Source: an uncultured bacterium (GTDB lineage Bacteria > Babelota > Babeliae > Babelales > Vermiphilaceae). From it: a stretch of 64,000 nucleotides of DNA. A model generated the notes under the pieces. It was not told the DNA's origin, ran no database searches, and saw nothing but the letters and a program-made list of their open reading frames with translations. Positions within the stretch are counted from its first letter, which is position 1. Each line of letters begins with the position of its first letter. Location of the stretch: contig CAVSFC010000002.1 in NCBI GenBank assembly GCA_963727255.1, positions 448,001 through 512,000 of the forward strand. The letters run 5' to 3'. Shown here piece by piece: positions 12,649-21,224 of the stretch. The position numbers and the translations under genes are program-made.

Positions 12649-13858
12649 TTATAACCAGTTTTTGTATAGCTTTAGATCGTTAGGGGCTGTTTTGAAGGAA
12701 AACATTAATTCCATGAATTCACCACCCACTTGATGCCCATCTTCACTTCTATGCACATAGGTTGTATCTGGATTAATGCTTTTTAATTTCTCAAAAAATT
12801 CTTTAGTATATTTAGTTCCCACGATTTTATCATCTATGCCAAAGTGAATTAAGGTTTTAAGTTTTAGTCCTTTAAAATATTCAACCGATTTCATAGGATC
12901 GAAGCTTTTGGGATCATATTCACTTATATGAGGGAGCGCATAATCAACGGTAGAAGTTGCAACTTCATTTGCAGAAATATCGCTTGGACTTTTCAATGCA
13001 GCGATTGAGAAATTTTTTACAATATCAGGAACATAATACCAGGCCCCTTGCGCCATTCTTATGGGCAATTGGAGATACTTTGATGATGTTGTTACTATCG
13101 ATGATTCTTGTGCAGCGTTAACTACTGCATCTGAAATCGTGGCTGCCCCTGTTCTGATAATTTGTTCTACAGCAGCATGCAAAGATAACATTGGGCAAAT
13201 GAGTACATGGTGGCCATTTTGGATAATCTTCAGAAGCTGCTCGCGGTTTTCATTAGTAATCCCCAGATATTCCAAATTTTTTTTCAAGCTCATATCATCA
13301 AGATTTCCGCCTCCTGAAAAAATTTTATTATTATTCAATAAGCCAATAGCATTGACTACCACGGCCCCGCCGCGTGAATAACCAACAAGGTCAACTTTTT
13401 GAAGCCTGCTTTTTGAATGTGTAGCAATGCATATAAAAAAGGTTTTAATTCAGGAAGCTGTGCAAAGCATGGATGTCTCTAGTTTCACATTGCTATCAGT
13501 TGAATCGGGTGCATCATGAAAATTAAAAATTATTCGATTGCCGTATCCCAAATATTTCGATTGATCCTTGGTGCCGCCAAAGCCATGAGGAGCGATGAGG
13601 ATCGTATCATCGTTAGCATCTCTAGAGTCAGCAATTATTTCAAATTTAGGATCGTATCCAAATCTCACAATTAAATCTTTTTCCTTTTTTTTGGCAATTT
13701 TTGCCCGCCATAATTTCAATTTTGGTTCTTGGAAGTTCTTCTGAAATTTCTAAGCTCGCAGGCATTTCCATGCCGATTGTACAGTTAACCCACAGGCTTG
13801 ATAGAGGTAAAATTGCACTGAGGCTTAAGATCATAAAAATTCTATTGATGGTATTCAT
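12649..13858 (-). CDS. Exported alpha/beta-hydrolase-like protein, frameshifted
   Basis: PHGFGG, VDLVGYSRGG nucleophile elbow (read manually near 13370-13395), IHFGIDDKIV, GH. Confidence 0.6.
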
Positions 13859-13890
13859 GGTATTTATTCCAATTTTGGTTTAAAAAATTC

Positions 13891-14434
13891 TTAACTTCTA
13901 CCGATCAAGTTATCATTTATTGTCGATTTGTCAATATTAATTACGGTTTTTGTGATGGTCATTTTAACGAGTGCAAACCATGGGCATTCTTCCTCGTGTG
14001 CGGTTATTATTCTATACATCGGTGCGGGGGTAAATTTGTTAAATATTTTAGTATAAAAAGGCAACAAGTTCATCGATGTTTGGCCCCCGAGGATCTGTGG
14101 GCAATACATCCAATTCGATTTTTTCGCATCCAATTTGCAGCATATGTGTAATAGCATTCGATATGAGCAACGTTCCTAAACCATGTTTTCGATAATTTGG
14201 TGAACGTATAGTTCGCGAATTTTCCAGTTGCCGCTTGTTAATTGTGAAATAATTTGCATGGAGCCTGCGATTTGGCCATTTTCAATCGCATGAATTTCGT
14301 GCCAATTTTTGTATAGCTCTTGCCGAGCGATAACAATATTTTGCAAATTTTGAGCATCAGTAAAGCTGATAGCCAAATAACCCGAAAATTCCAATAAGGG
14401 ATGCGAGAATAATAAATTTTCTAAATACTTTCAT
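13891..14434 (-). CDS. GNAT-like protein, frameshifted
   Basis: WKIRELYVH...GLGTLLI; two short ORFs; GGAGG RBS. Confidence 0.45.
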
Positions 14435-14535
14435 ATAGCCTCCAATTCCATACTTTTTACTAAAAATGCTTTTTTGCTATACAGGCTAAAATTTGTTTGG
14501 AATTCCAGCCTGCAAGTTTTTCATACCACAGTGGT

Positions 14536-15360
14536 TTATAAACTAATGCCTAATTCTTTTAAGTTCTTTTTAAATGTTTCGATGGCATCCGCTTTCTTAT
14601 CATCAAAGTGAATACCAATTAATCCTTGCTGTGCTGCCATTTCCACATTTGATTTCTTATCATCGACCACAATCATAATCTCATTCTCTGGATCTTTGAT
14701 AAAGTTTGCTTTTAATGAATCGTAATATTGCCCAGCGGGTTTGGGTGTTTCGCAAAGAATTTCTGTGCATTCAACTGGATTGCTTTTGCCATATTGGCTA
14801 TAGCTCACAATCTGCCCTTGCTCAAGCAATTCACCTTTGAAGAGAGAATGATTTTTGAGCATGTCTTGCGAACTTTTTAATATTTGCGGGCCCATATTAG
14901 AAGCAAGTCTCATTGGAATATCTTTCTCTTTAAGGCTTTTCATGATTGCGATCATAGGCTCATACGGCTTGTATGAATTTTTTATGTCGATTATAAACTG
15001 TGCTAATGATTTTAGCCCATGTTTTTGAAAGATATTTATGAGTGCTTCGCCTGATGATTTGGCTTCTTTAGATCCTATTTCATTTATTTCTTTATACGCT
15101 TGGGAAACTTTGGTTTGTTTTCCGGTAACATATGTATAACCCATTTTGACTGCTGCAGTCGCGAGTGCAGGGGCAGCTTTTGCTATTGCCCAATAATAAG
15201 CAGCTTTATTTTTTTTGGTAGCAACACCGTGATAATCGAAACCAAATTGTTTTTTTAATGATGAAGTATTTTCTTTATTCATTCCAGCAGGATAAACAAC
15301 CATGCCCTGGCAGAATAGTGGACTTACTAATACAAGAACAAATAATAACTTTTTAAACAT
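14536..15360 (-). CDS. Exported HAD-superfamily-like protein
   Basis: FDYHGV, LASN, KP, VVDDKKSNVEMAAQQGLIGIHF. Confidence 0.65.
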   Translation of the reverse strand: MFKKLLFVLVLVSPLFCQGMVVYPAGMNKENTSSLKKQFGFDYHGVATKKNKAAYYWAIAKAAPALATAAVKMGYTYVTGKQTKVSQAYKEINEIGSKEAKSSGEALINIFQKHGLKSLAQFIIDIKNSYKPYEPMIAIMKSLKEKDIPMRLASNMGPQILKSSQDMLKNHSLFKGELLEQGQIVSYSQYGKSNPVECTEILCETPKPAGQYYDSLKANFIKDPENEIMIVVDDKKSNVEMAAQQGLIGIHFDDKKADAIETFKKNLKELGISL

Positions 15361-15466
15361 AATTTAAACCTCCATTGAGAAACTATATATTTATTTTCTA
15401 TCCATAATCATACCCGCTTTCTTAGAATTGTCAAATTTATTACAAATAGAAATGCTGCAAAATGGC

Positions 15467-16057
15467 TTATAAAATGCCCTCAATTCGAGCTAAAAACAGT
15501 TTTAAGCGCCGATAATCATTATTTGTTAATAAGGAGTAAATTTGAAGAAAATCGTTAAGGCGGTCGTTTTTGATCAAATTTTGATCATTTTGAGTCTTCA
15601 GAAGGGCCAAAAGAAGCTCGTCTAGGTTCGGAATCAGGCTTCCAGCCCCAAAAAGCAGGTTTAAATACCTATTTTGGGCAAAAAAGAGCCGTATTTGCTC
15701 AGGGGTGGCAGGAGCTATAAAAGAGTGAATTAAGGGGGGTTCAGGAGGCATAAGATAGTAGACTCTGCCTTTTTGCTCATAGCCAAGAGAAATGCACTTG
15801 AAGGTGGTCTTTAAGAATTCAAAAATTTGCGGTTGCTCAGCAAGCAGCTCTTCATGGGTCTTTTGATAGGGGAAGGGGTAGCGGCCCGGCTCCATCGAGC
15901 CCGTTTCAATCTGATAAATGATGCCAAAAATAGTTCTATTCTTGCCTTCTATTGCTACCAGGGAGCCAAATGCCGGGGTTTGATTCCATTGCCAACATTG
16001 GCCTAGAAAACTCTGAAGTGAAGATTCTATAATTTCAGCAAAAGGAGCTCTATTCAT
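15467..16057 (-). CDS. HAS-barrel domain protein
   Basis: AEIIESS..F..QC, PAFGSLV, EELLAEQPQIFEFLKT, PPEPPLIHSF pattern of stand-alone HAS-barrel proteins. Confidence 0.7.
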   Translation of the reverse strand: MNRAPFAEIIESSLQSFLGQCWQWNQTPAFGSLVAIEGKNRTIFGIIYQIETGSMEPGRYPFPYQKTHEELLAEQPQIFEFLKTTFKCISLGYEQKGRVYYLMPPEPPLIHSFIAPATPEQIRLFFAQNRYLNLLFGAGSLIPNLDELLLALLKTQNDQNLIKNDRLNDFLQIYSLLTNNDYRRLKLFLARIEGIL

Positions 16058-16137
16058 ATTTTTGCTATTTTTGCAAATTTTAGACTAATTTCTACCAGTT
16101 ATGATTATAGATAAAGACAGGTGTTTGTTCCATTTTT

Positions 16138-16842
16138 TTATGACATCATCATTTTTCTTCGTGCCTTAAGATCATATTTCACCTCTTTTGCACCAAGCCA
16201 TCGCTCTGCTTGCTCTTCAAGCGGAAGCATTGCAATAGTTCTAATAACATCGGCAAAACTATCGCGGAACTCTGATTCTTGTTTTAGAGAAAATGATTTA
16301 TGTTCAGTGTCGATAAAATAGGTGATTCCCTCATCCGTATTTTTAACATTTCCACGATGAATATCTTCATATCCGGTTTTTTTGGCAATTTTATAGATCT
16401 GCTGGATCTGTTTTAAATTAAACTTCTTGTATTCATTTGCTTTTACCTTGGGAACTAGGGTAAGCAGATTGCCCGATGGATCTTGATAGTATCTCTTTTG
16501 CAATGCTCCGATGGTATCACACTGATTATCTTGTGCACATTGTTTAATTAAAAGTGTACCAAGAACTCTTCCATTGCCCTTTTTTACTACGTATTCTGGC
16601 AGCCATTCAAATTCTCGCACTGTTCGATTAATATCACGCTCATTGGGCAAATTGGTATCGAAGAGTTTTTTGGTTTTTTCATCAACTGAATATCGATGGA
16701 TCAAATCTTCTTGGGTGATCGTTGTCTTAAAATTGTTATAGAAAAAGCCATTTTTGTTTGAAGATTCGGCATGATGCTTCATACCATTGGCCCCACCAAT
16801 AAAACCTAAAGAACACATTATGAATAAGATTTTGTTATTCAT
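16138..16842 (-). CDS. Exported atypical protein-kinase-like protein
   Basis: YVVK, GYEDIHRGNV catalytic-loop-like, FIDTE metal-binding-like motif. Confidence 0.55.
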   Translation of the reverse strand: MNNKILFIMCSLGFIGGANGMKHHAESSNKNGFFYNNFKTTITQEDLIHRYSVDEKTKKLFDTNLPNERDINRTVREFEWLPEYVVKKGNGRVLGTLLIKQCAQDNQCDTIGALQKRYYQDPSGNLLTLVPKVKANEYKKFNLKQIQQIYKIAKKTGYEDIHRGNVKNTDEGITYFIDTEHKSFSLKQESEFRDSFADVIRTIAMLPLEEQAERWLGAKEVKYDLKARRKMMMS

Positions 16843-16862
16843 AGATATCTCCATATTTTTAT

Positions 16863-17645
16863 TTAAATATAAAACTTAAGTATAGTTTTGCCCATTATCA
16901 AACCTATAAATGCTGTCGACACATACCATTTTAAAAACCCATCATAGGAATTATATTGGCTATTTTCAGGTAAACTATGTGAAATGGCCCATATATAGAT
17001 GGCTATAAATAAGGTTATCTTAAGTTGTTCAAGAGATATTAGGCCACGCAATGATTTTTTAATAGTATCCTCGAGTTTCGCTTCTTTTACGAGCTGAGCT
17101 ATAGTTCCAGGTATCAGATATCCAGTTACGCAAATAGCCGACGAATCGATCAAAATACCCGGTAAGGATTGATTGGCCAGATGATTAAAGTACCCCTGAT
17201 AAAGCCCTAAGAGAATAAGACAAATTTCCCAACGCGATATCTTAAGATGATCATTAAGCATTGGCATTATATTTTTTTTGAAAACCGACGGTTGATAATC
17301 TATTGCTTTACGGCATGTTGGGCAATTAGGATGTTGGGCTATCCATTCTTTTAAGCATTCGGTGTGATAAATATGAGGCACTCTTGGATCGCATTTTAAA
17401 ATGCTAATATCTCTATCATCATTAAAATCTTCTTTGCAAATGCCGCATTCATTTTGTTCTGCTTTTACAGCTTGATCCATTAGTCTTGCAGTTTTGGGTT
17501 GCAACATTTTGATGATAAACTCTCGGCTTCTATTTTTTGATTGTGCAGCAATCGGATTATTTTGGCCAGCAATCTGTGGTTGCATGCCAAAAATGCTCGA
17601 ACTTAAAAATAATGCTGCTAAAAGTGATAAAAATAGACGTCTCAT
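16863..17645 (-). CDS. Exported RING-H2 finger protein with C-terminal TM helices
   Basis: CGIC..C..HIYHTECLKEW..CPTCR (C3H2C3). Confidence 0.85.
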   Translation of the reverse strand: MRRLFLSLLAALFLSSSIFGMQPQIAGQNNPIAAQSKNRSREFIIKMLQPKTARLMDQAVKAEQNECGICKEDFNDDRDISILKCDPRVPHIYHTECLKEWIAQHPNCPTCRKAIDYQPSVFKKNIMPMLNDHLKISRWEICLILLGLYQGYFNHLANQSLPGILIDSSAICVTGYLIPGTIAQLVKEAKLEDTIKKSLRGLISLEQLKITLFIAIYIWAISHSLPENSQYNSYDGFLKWYVSTAFIGLIMGKTILKFYI

Positions 17646-17731
17646 GATAATCTCCATATAATCTCCATTTTTCTATTAGTAACCTCTATCTTTAATTGTA
17701 GCCTAAAAATTCAGGCTGTCAATAAATTGGC

Positions 17732-18523
17732 TTAGGTCTGTGGCTTGCTTGCTGATTCCAGGAATTCAGATTCATGTGGATCCTGTTCAGGCAGTTCAGG
17801 CTGACCCTGAAGGAGCCTGATCTGATCCTCTGAATCATCCTGGCCTAGTGAATCGAGGCGGGCAAGATAGGTATCCCGGTGGATAATAAGGTGGCTTTTG
17901 CCTTCTCGGATAATCTTTTTATGGTGTGGAGTGCTATATCCTTTATGGCTGGCCAGTAAATATCCGGGGAATATGGTATCCATGCGCCGCATCATGGCAT
18001 CCCGCTTTACCTTGGCCACAATGGAAGCGGCAGCTATGGTGCTTGAGCGGCGTTCTCCGAAGGGAAAATAGTGGACCGGAATTTCTTTATAAGTAGTATC
18101 AAATAAGTTAAGAGGCATGGCATCAGTGATGATTTTAGATGGGTTATACGGTGCGGTAGCTAATAAATGGACCAAAGCCTTTTTCATGGCAATAAGCGTG
18201 GCATGCCAGACATTCCGCTCATCAACGGTACGATGGTGAACGATCCCTATACTATACCAGCAGTGCTTATCTATCCATTTAAAGGCGGCAACCCGCTCTT
18301 CAGGGGTCATGAGCTTGGAATCTTTGAGCAAGCGGCTGGTTTTGCCCGGAGGCAATATCACGGCAGCCGTTACTAGAGGCCCTGCCAGGCATCCGCGACC
18401 TACTTCATCAAGCCCGCAAATCACCTCATTGGCCTGCCAAGCTTGCTCTTCAAAATAATTCTTATTGAAACGCTCTCTGATCCGATTGATTGTCCTAGGT
18501 GTTTCTGGCGTATAGTTTTCCAT
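17732..18523 (-). CDS. rnhB: Ribonuclease HII
   Basis: GLDEVGRGCLAGP, DSKL, IAAASIVAKVKRD, HKGYST. Confidence 0.95.
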   Translation of the reverse strand: MENYTPETPRTINRIRERFNKNYFEEQAWQANEVICGLDEVGRGCLAGPLVTAAVILPPGKTSRLLKDSKLMTPEERVAAFKWIDKHCWYSIGIVHHRTVDERNVWHATLIAMKKALVHLLATAPYNPSKIITDAMPLNLFDTTYKEIPVHYFPFGERRSSTIAAASIVAKVKRDAMMRRMDTIFPGYLLASHKGYSTPHHKKIIREGKSHLIIHRDTYLARLDSLGQDDSEDQIRLLQGQPELPEQDPHESEFLESASKPQT

Positions 18524-18627
18524 TTGACATGTCTTCAATAATGTGTACTATTAGAATTAAGCGCAGTTGTATTAACCAAATTAAATTAACTAATGATATT
18601 GAAATATGATATCAGGAGGAGAACGTT

Positions 18628-19305
18628 ATGTCATCTAGATCAACAGAATTGCGAGTAAAAGAGCTTTTGAGAGAGAAGGGTTGGACAACCAAAACTTTGG
18701 CTGAAAAGACCGGAATGTCTGAAAGTTACTTAACTCACATTAAAAATGGAACCCGTCGTTGGAACGAAGATTCACTTCGTAAATTAGCCAACGCATTTGA
18801 AATTAGCCCTATCGATCTGTTTGCGCAACGTCGCAAGCGTACCGATAATATTGATAGCAATGTGAGCATGCCAGAGAAATCTGATGTAGAGCTCAAAGTG
18901 CAAATCGTCCCGGTTGTAGGGGATATTCCATCAAACCCATCACCGTATAACAACCAATTAATGCAAATTACCACCGGTTATAAAGATGTCTTTATTCCGG
19001 TTCTCAATACCACCGATAGTTCAATGTTCTCACTTTGCATAGATCACAATCTTATGGCGCCAACCTTTGTTAAAGGCGATTGCTTGATTGTATCTCCAGA
19101 AATATGGACCCGTTCAGGTGATATTGCGGCAGTAGAATATGGCAATGATACCACGATCAGAGCAATCATGCAGGTTACGTATACCGATGATTTCATTGTT
19201 CTTGAATCAGTGAACCATAAATCTCCGCCAATTGCATTAGTTCGCGGTAAAGATCATTTTAGAATTATTGGTCGCGTGATTGAACGTCATCAAAAATTAG
19301 CATAA
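18628..19305 (+). CDS. XRE-family HTH regulator with S24-like C-terminal domain
   Basis: LAEKTGMSESYLTHIKNG HTH; MAPTFVKGD, LESVN, IIGRVI. Confidence 0.8.
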   Translation: MSSRSTELRVKELLREKGWTTKTLAEKTGMSESYLTHIKNGTRRWNEDSLRKLANAFEISPIDLFAQRRKRTDNIDSNVSMPEKSDVELKVQIVPVVGDIPSNPSPYNNQLMQITTGYKDVFIPVLNTTDSSMFSLCIDHNLMAPTFVKGDCLIVSPEIWTRSGDIAAVEYGNDTTIRAIMQVTYTDDFIVLESVNHKSPPIALVRGKDHFRIIGRVIERHQKLA

Positions 19306-19317
19306 AACCTATAAATT

Positions 19318-19353
19318 AAAACGGCTAAAAAGTTATTTTTAGCCGTTTTTTTT
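19318..19353 (+). terminator. Intrinsic terminator
   Basis: AAACGGCTAAAA/TTTTAGCCGTTT hairpin followed by T tract. Confidence 0.75.
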
Positions 19354-19503
19354 GTAAAACTCATAAATCAAGTGCTTTCTGAATTTGTTGCAGAGCAACG
19401 AAGAAGGCTTAAGCTTCCTGAAGATATCCAATAATGTATACTATAAAAGTATGAAAATGCCAGAAATACTGGATTTTTCCCGTATTTCTGGTACTTTTTT
19501 TAT

Positions 19504-19750
19504 ATCCTTTGATACATACTTCGCTTTGCTCAGTATTACTCAGGATGTGTATTCTACACATGGTGAGTGTCCGTCAGATCTCCGGAGGAGCGTCGGCTGG
19601 ATGTATCGAACCATAAGACTAAATAAAACAGCATGGTGCTGTTTTATAGTGCTAAAACACTTCCAATTAGCTTGCCCGCCCCTTCGACTATGCTCAGGAT
19701 AAACTCCGCTTTTAGCGACTTGTCCGGCGTAGCTTTAGGCGAAGACGGAT
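19504..19750. repeat. Cluster of REP-like repeats (families A and B) upstream of rpsF
   Basis: ATCCTTTGATAC..ACTCAGGATG (19504-19547), CATGGTGAGT..TATCGAACCA (19559-19613), CCCTTCGACTATGCTCAGGAT, TGTCCGGCGTAGCTTTAGGCGAAGACGG. Confidence 0.75.
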
Positions 19751-19770
19751 GGGTTCACAGGAGCTTTTAC

Positions 19771-20193
19771 ATGAATCGTTACGAAGCGCTTATGCTTACC
19801 GTTCCGGAAATTACCGCGGACGAAGCAAAATCGATCGAACAGCAATTTGATCGATTGGTTGCAGACAAAAAAGGATCAATTATATCCTTTGAAAAATGGG
19901 GCAAATTCCGTTTGGCCTATCCCGTTAAAAAGAATGAATACGGCGTCTATTTCTTAGCTCGTTTTGAATCTGCTCAGCCAGAAGTGGTTGAAGAGGTAAA
20001 AAACTTGCTGGAAGTAAAATTGCATGAACTTATCATGCGTTCTATGATGACCAAGCTTGGAGCAAAACAATCCTTGGTATATCAGCGCCCGCAATCATTG
20101 GAAGAAGCGCCAGCTCGAGAAGTTGGTTCTTTCTTGAAAGAAAACAGAATGGATCATCTCTCAGATGATAATGATAACGGCCAAGAGCTCTAG
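19771..20193 (+). CDS. rpsF: 30S ribosomal protein S6
   Basis: MNRYEALML, WGKFRLAYPVKK..GVY. Confidence 0.93.
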   Translation: MNRYEALMLTVPEITADEAKSIEQQFDRLVADKKGSIISFEKWGKFRLAYPVKKNEYGVYFLARFESAQPEVVEEVKNLLEVKLHELIMRSMMTKLGAKQSLVYQRPQSLEEAPAREVGSFLKENRMDHLSDDNDNGQEL

Positions 20194-20204
20194 AGGATTA
20201 GCCC

Positions 20205-20492
20205 ATGACAAAGAAAATCAAACTTAAGATTAATGCTCGTTTACTCAAAAAAAGATTCCGTAAGCAAGGTTTTGGTGGCAAAAAGCACTGCCGATTCTGC
20301 GGAAATGCTGAGCAAGAAACCTATCTTGACTATAAAAATGGCACGTTCTTAAAGAACTTTCTCACTGAACGCGGTAAAATTTTGCCAGCACGAATCTCAG
20401 GCAATTGCAGCTTGCACCAGCGAGATTTGGCACGAAATATTAGAAAATCACGCGTAATGGCGCTTCTGCCATATTCAGCGGGGCATTTCTAA
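20205..20492 (+). CDS. rpsR: 30S ribosomal protein S18
   Basis: [33 protein letters not shown]. Confidence 0.95.
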   Translation: MTKKIKLKINARLLKKRFRKQGFGGKKHCRFCGNAEQETYLDYKNGTFLKNFLTERGKILPARISGNCSLHQRDLARNIRKSRVMALLPYSAGHF

Positions 20493-20645
20493 CGCATAAC
20501 ATCGCTAAAGATGGTTTTCAGTTGACTTAAAAATGTGTGGCAGTGCTGACTCGCATAAGGAATTTACTCCTTGAGACGCCTGCCACCGTTCGTTTTAAGA
20601 TGCTATTTTTTTGACATGTAATTATGTTTGTCCGTGAAAATGACG
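20484..20645. ncRNA. Candidate 6S RNA-like rod with central bubble
   Basis: Nested pairings CATAACAT/ATGTAATTATG, unpaired bubble, CTTAAAA/TTTTAAG, GTGGCAG/CTGCCAC, AAGGA/TCCTT. Confidence 0.35.
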
Positions 20646-20655
20646 TATTAATAAA

Positions 20656-20696
20656 CCGCTCGTCCTGAGGAGCAGCGCAGCTGCGTCTCGAAGGAT
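20656..20696 (+). repeat. Left REP-like inverted repeat flanking GIY-YIG gene
   Basis: CCGCTCGTCCTGAGGAGCAGCGCAGCTGCGTCTCGAAGGAT. Confidence 0.9.
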
Positions 20697-20715
20697 AGCG
20701 AAATCTATTTGTGAA

Positions 20716-21009
20716 ATGTTTTTTGTATATATTTTAAAATGTAGTGATGGATCGTATTATACTGGGCATACTGATAACCTAGAATCACGTATAGCAGCTC
20801 ATGATGATGGTTCCTTTGGCGGTTATACTGTCGATCGGCTTCCTGTGAACGTTGTTCATGTTCAGGAATTCCAAACTCGAGATGAGGCATTCGCCGCGGA
20901 AAGGCAAATTAAAGGGTGGTCCCGTAGAAAAAAAGAAGCTCTAATTCAACAAGATTGGAATAAGTTACAGCGCTATGCAATGAGATTTAAGAAATTTGAA
21001 ACAAATTGA
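20716..21009 (+). CDS. Small GIY-YIG nuclease (UPF0213/YhbQ-like)
   Basis: FVYILKCSDGSYYTGHT..L..R...H, EAFAAERQIKGWSRRKK. Confidence 0.92.
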   Translation: MFFVYILKCSDGSYYTGHTDNLESRIAAHDDGSFGGYTVDRLPVNVVHVQEFQTRDEAFAAERQIKGWSRRKKEALIQQDWNKLQRYAMRFKKFETN

Positions 21010-21013
21010 AATA

Positions 21014-21057
21014 ATCCTTCGAGACGCATCTCTAAAGATGCTCCTCAGGATGAGCGG
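21014..21057 (-). repeat. Right REP-like inverted repeat flanking GIY-YIG gene
   Basis: Reverse complement CCGCTCATCCTGAGGAGCATCTTTAGAGATGCGTCTCGAAGGAT. Confidence 0.9.
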
Positions 21058-21224
21058 AAGGGTACGTTTATTCCCGGCTTGTCAAAGGTCTGTTTATAGG
21101 CCTTATAGCTTGACAGATAGAAATATTCTGATAAAGTAAATATTGAAGAGTAAATGGAGAGGTTATTGGTATCTTGTGATGCTGATCAATTCCCCGCTAA
21201 TTAATAATAATACTGAGATAAACC

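Noticed and set aside
19385..19770. ORF 19385..19702 and N-terminal extension of rpsF from 19633
   Set aside because: They overlap the repeat cluster; S6 homology and the RBS start at 19771.
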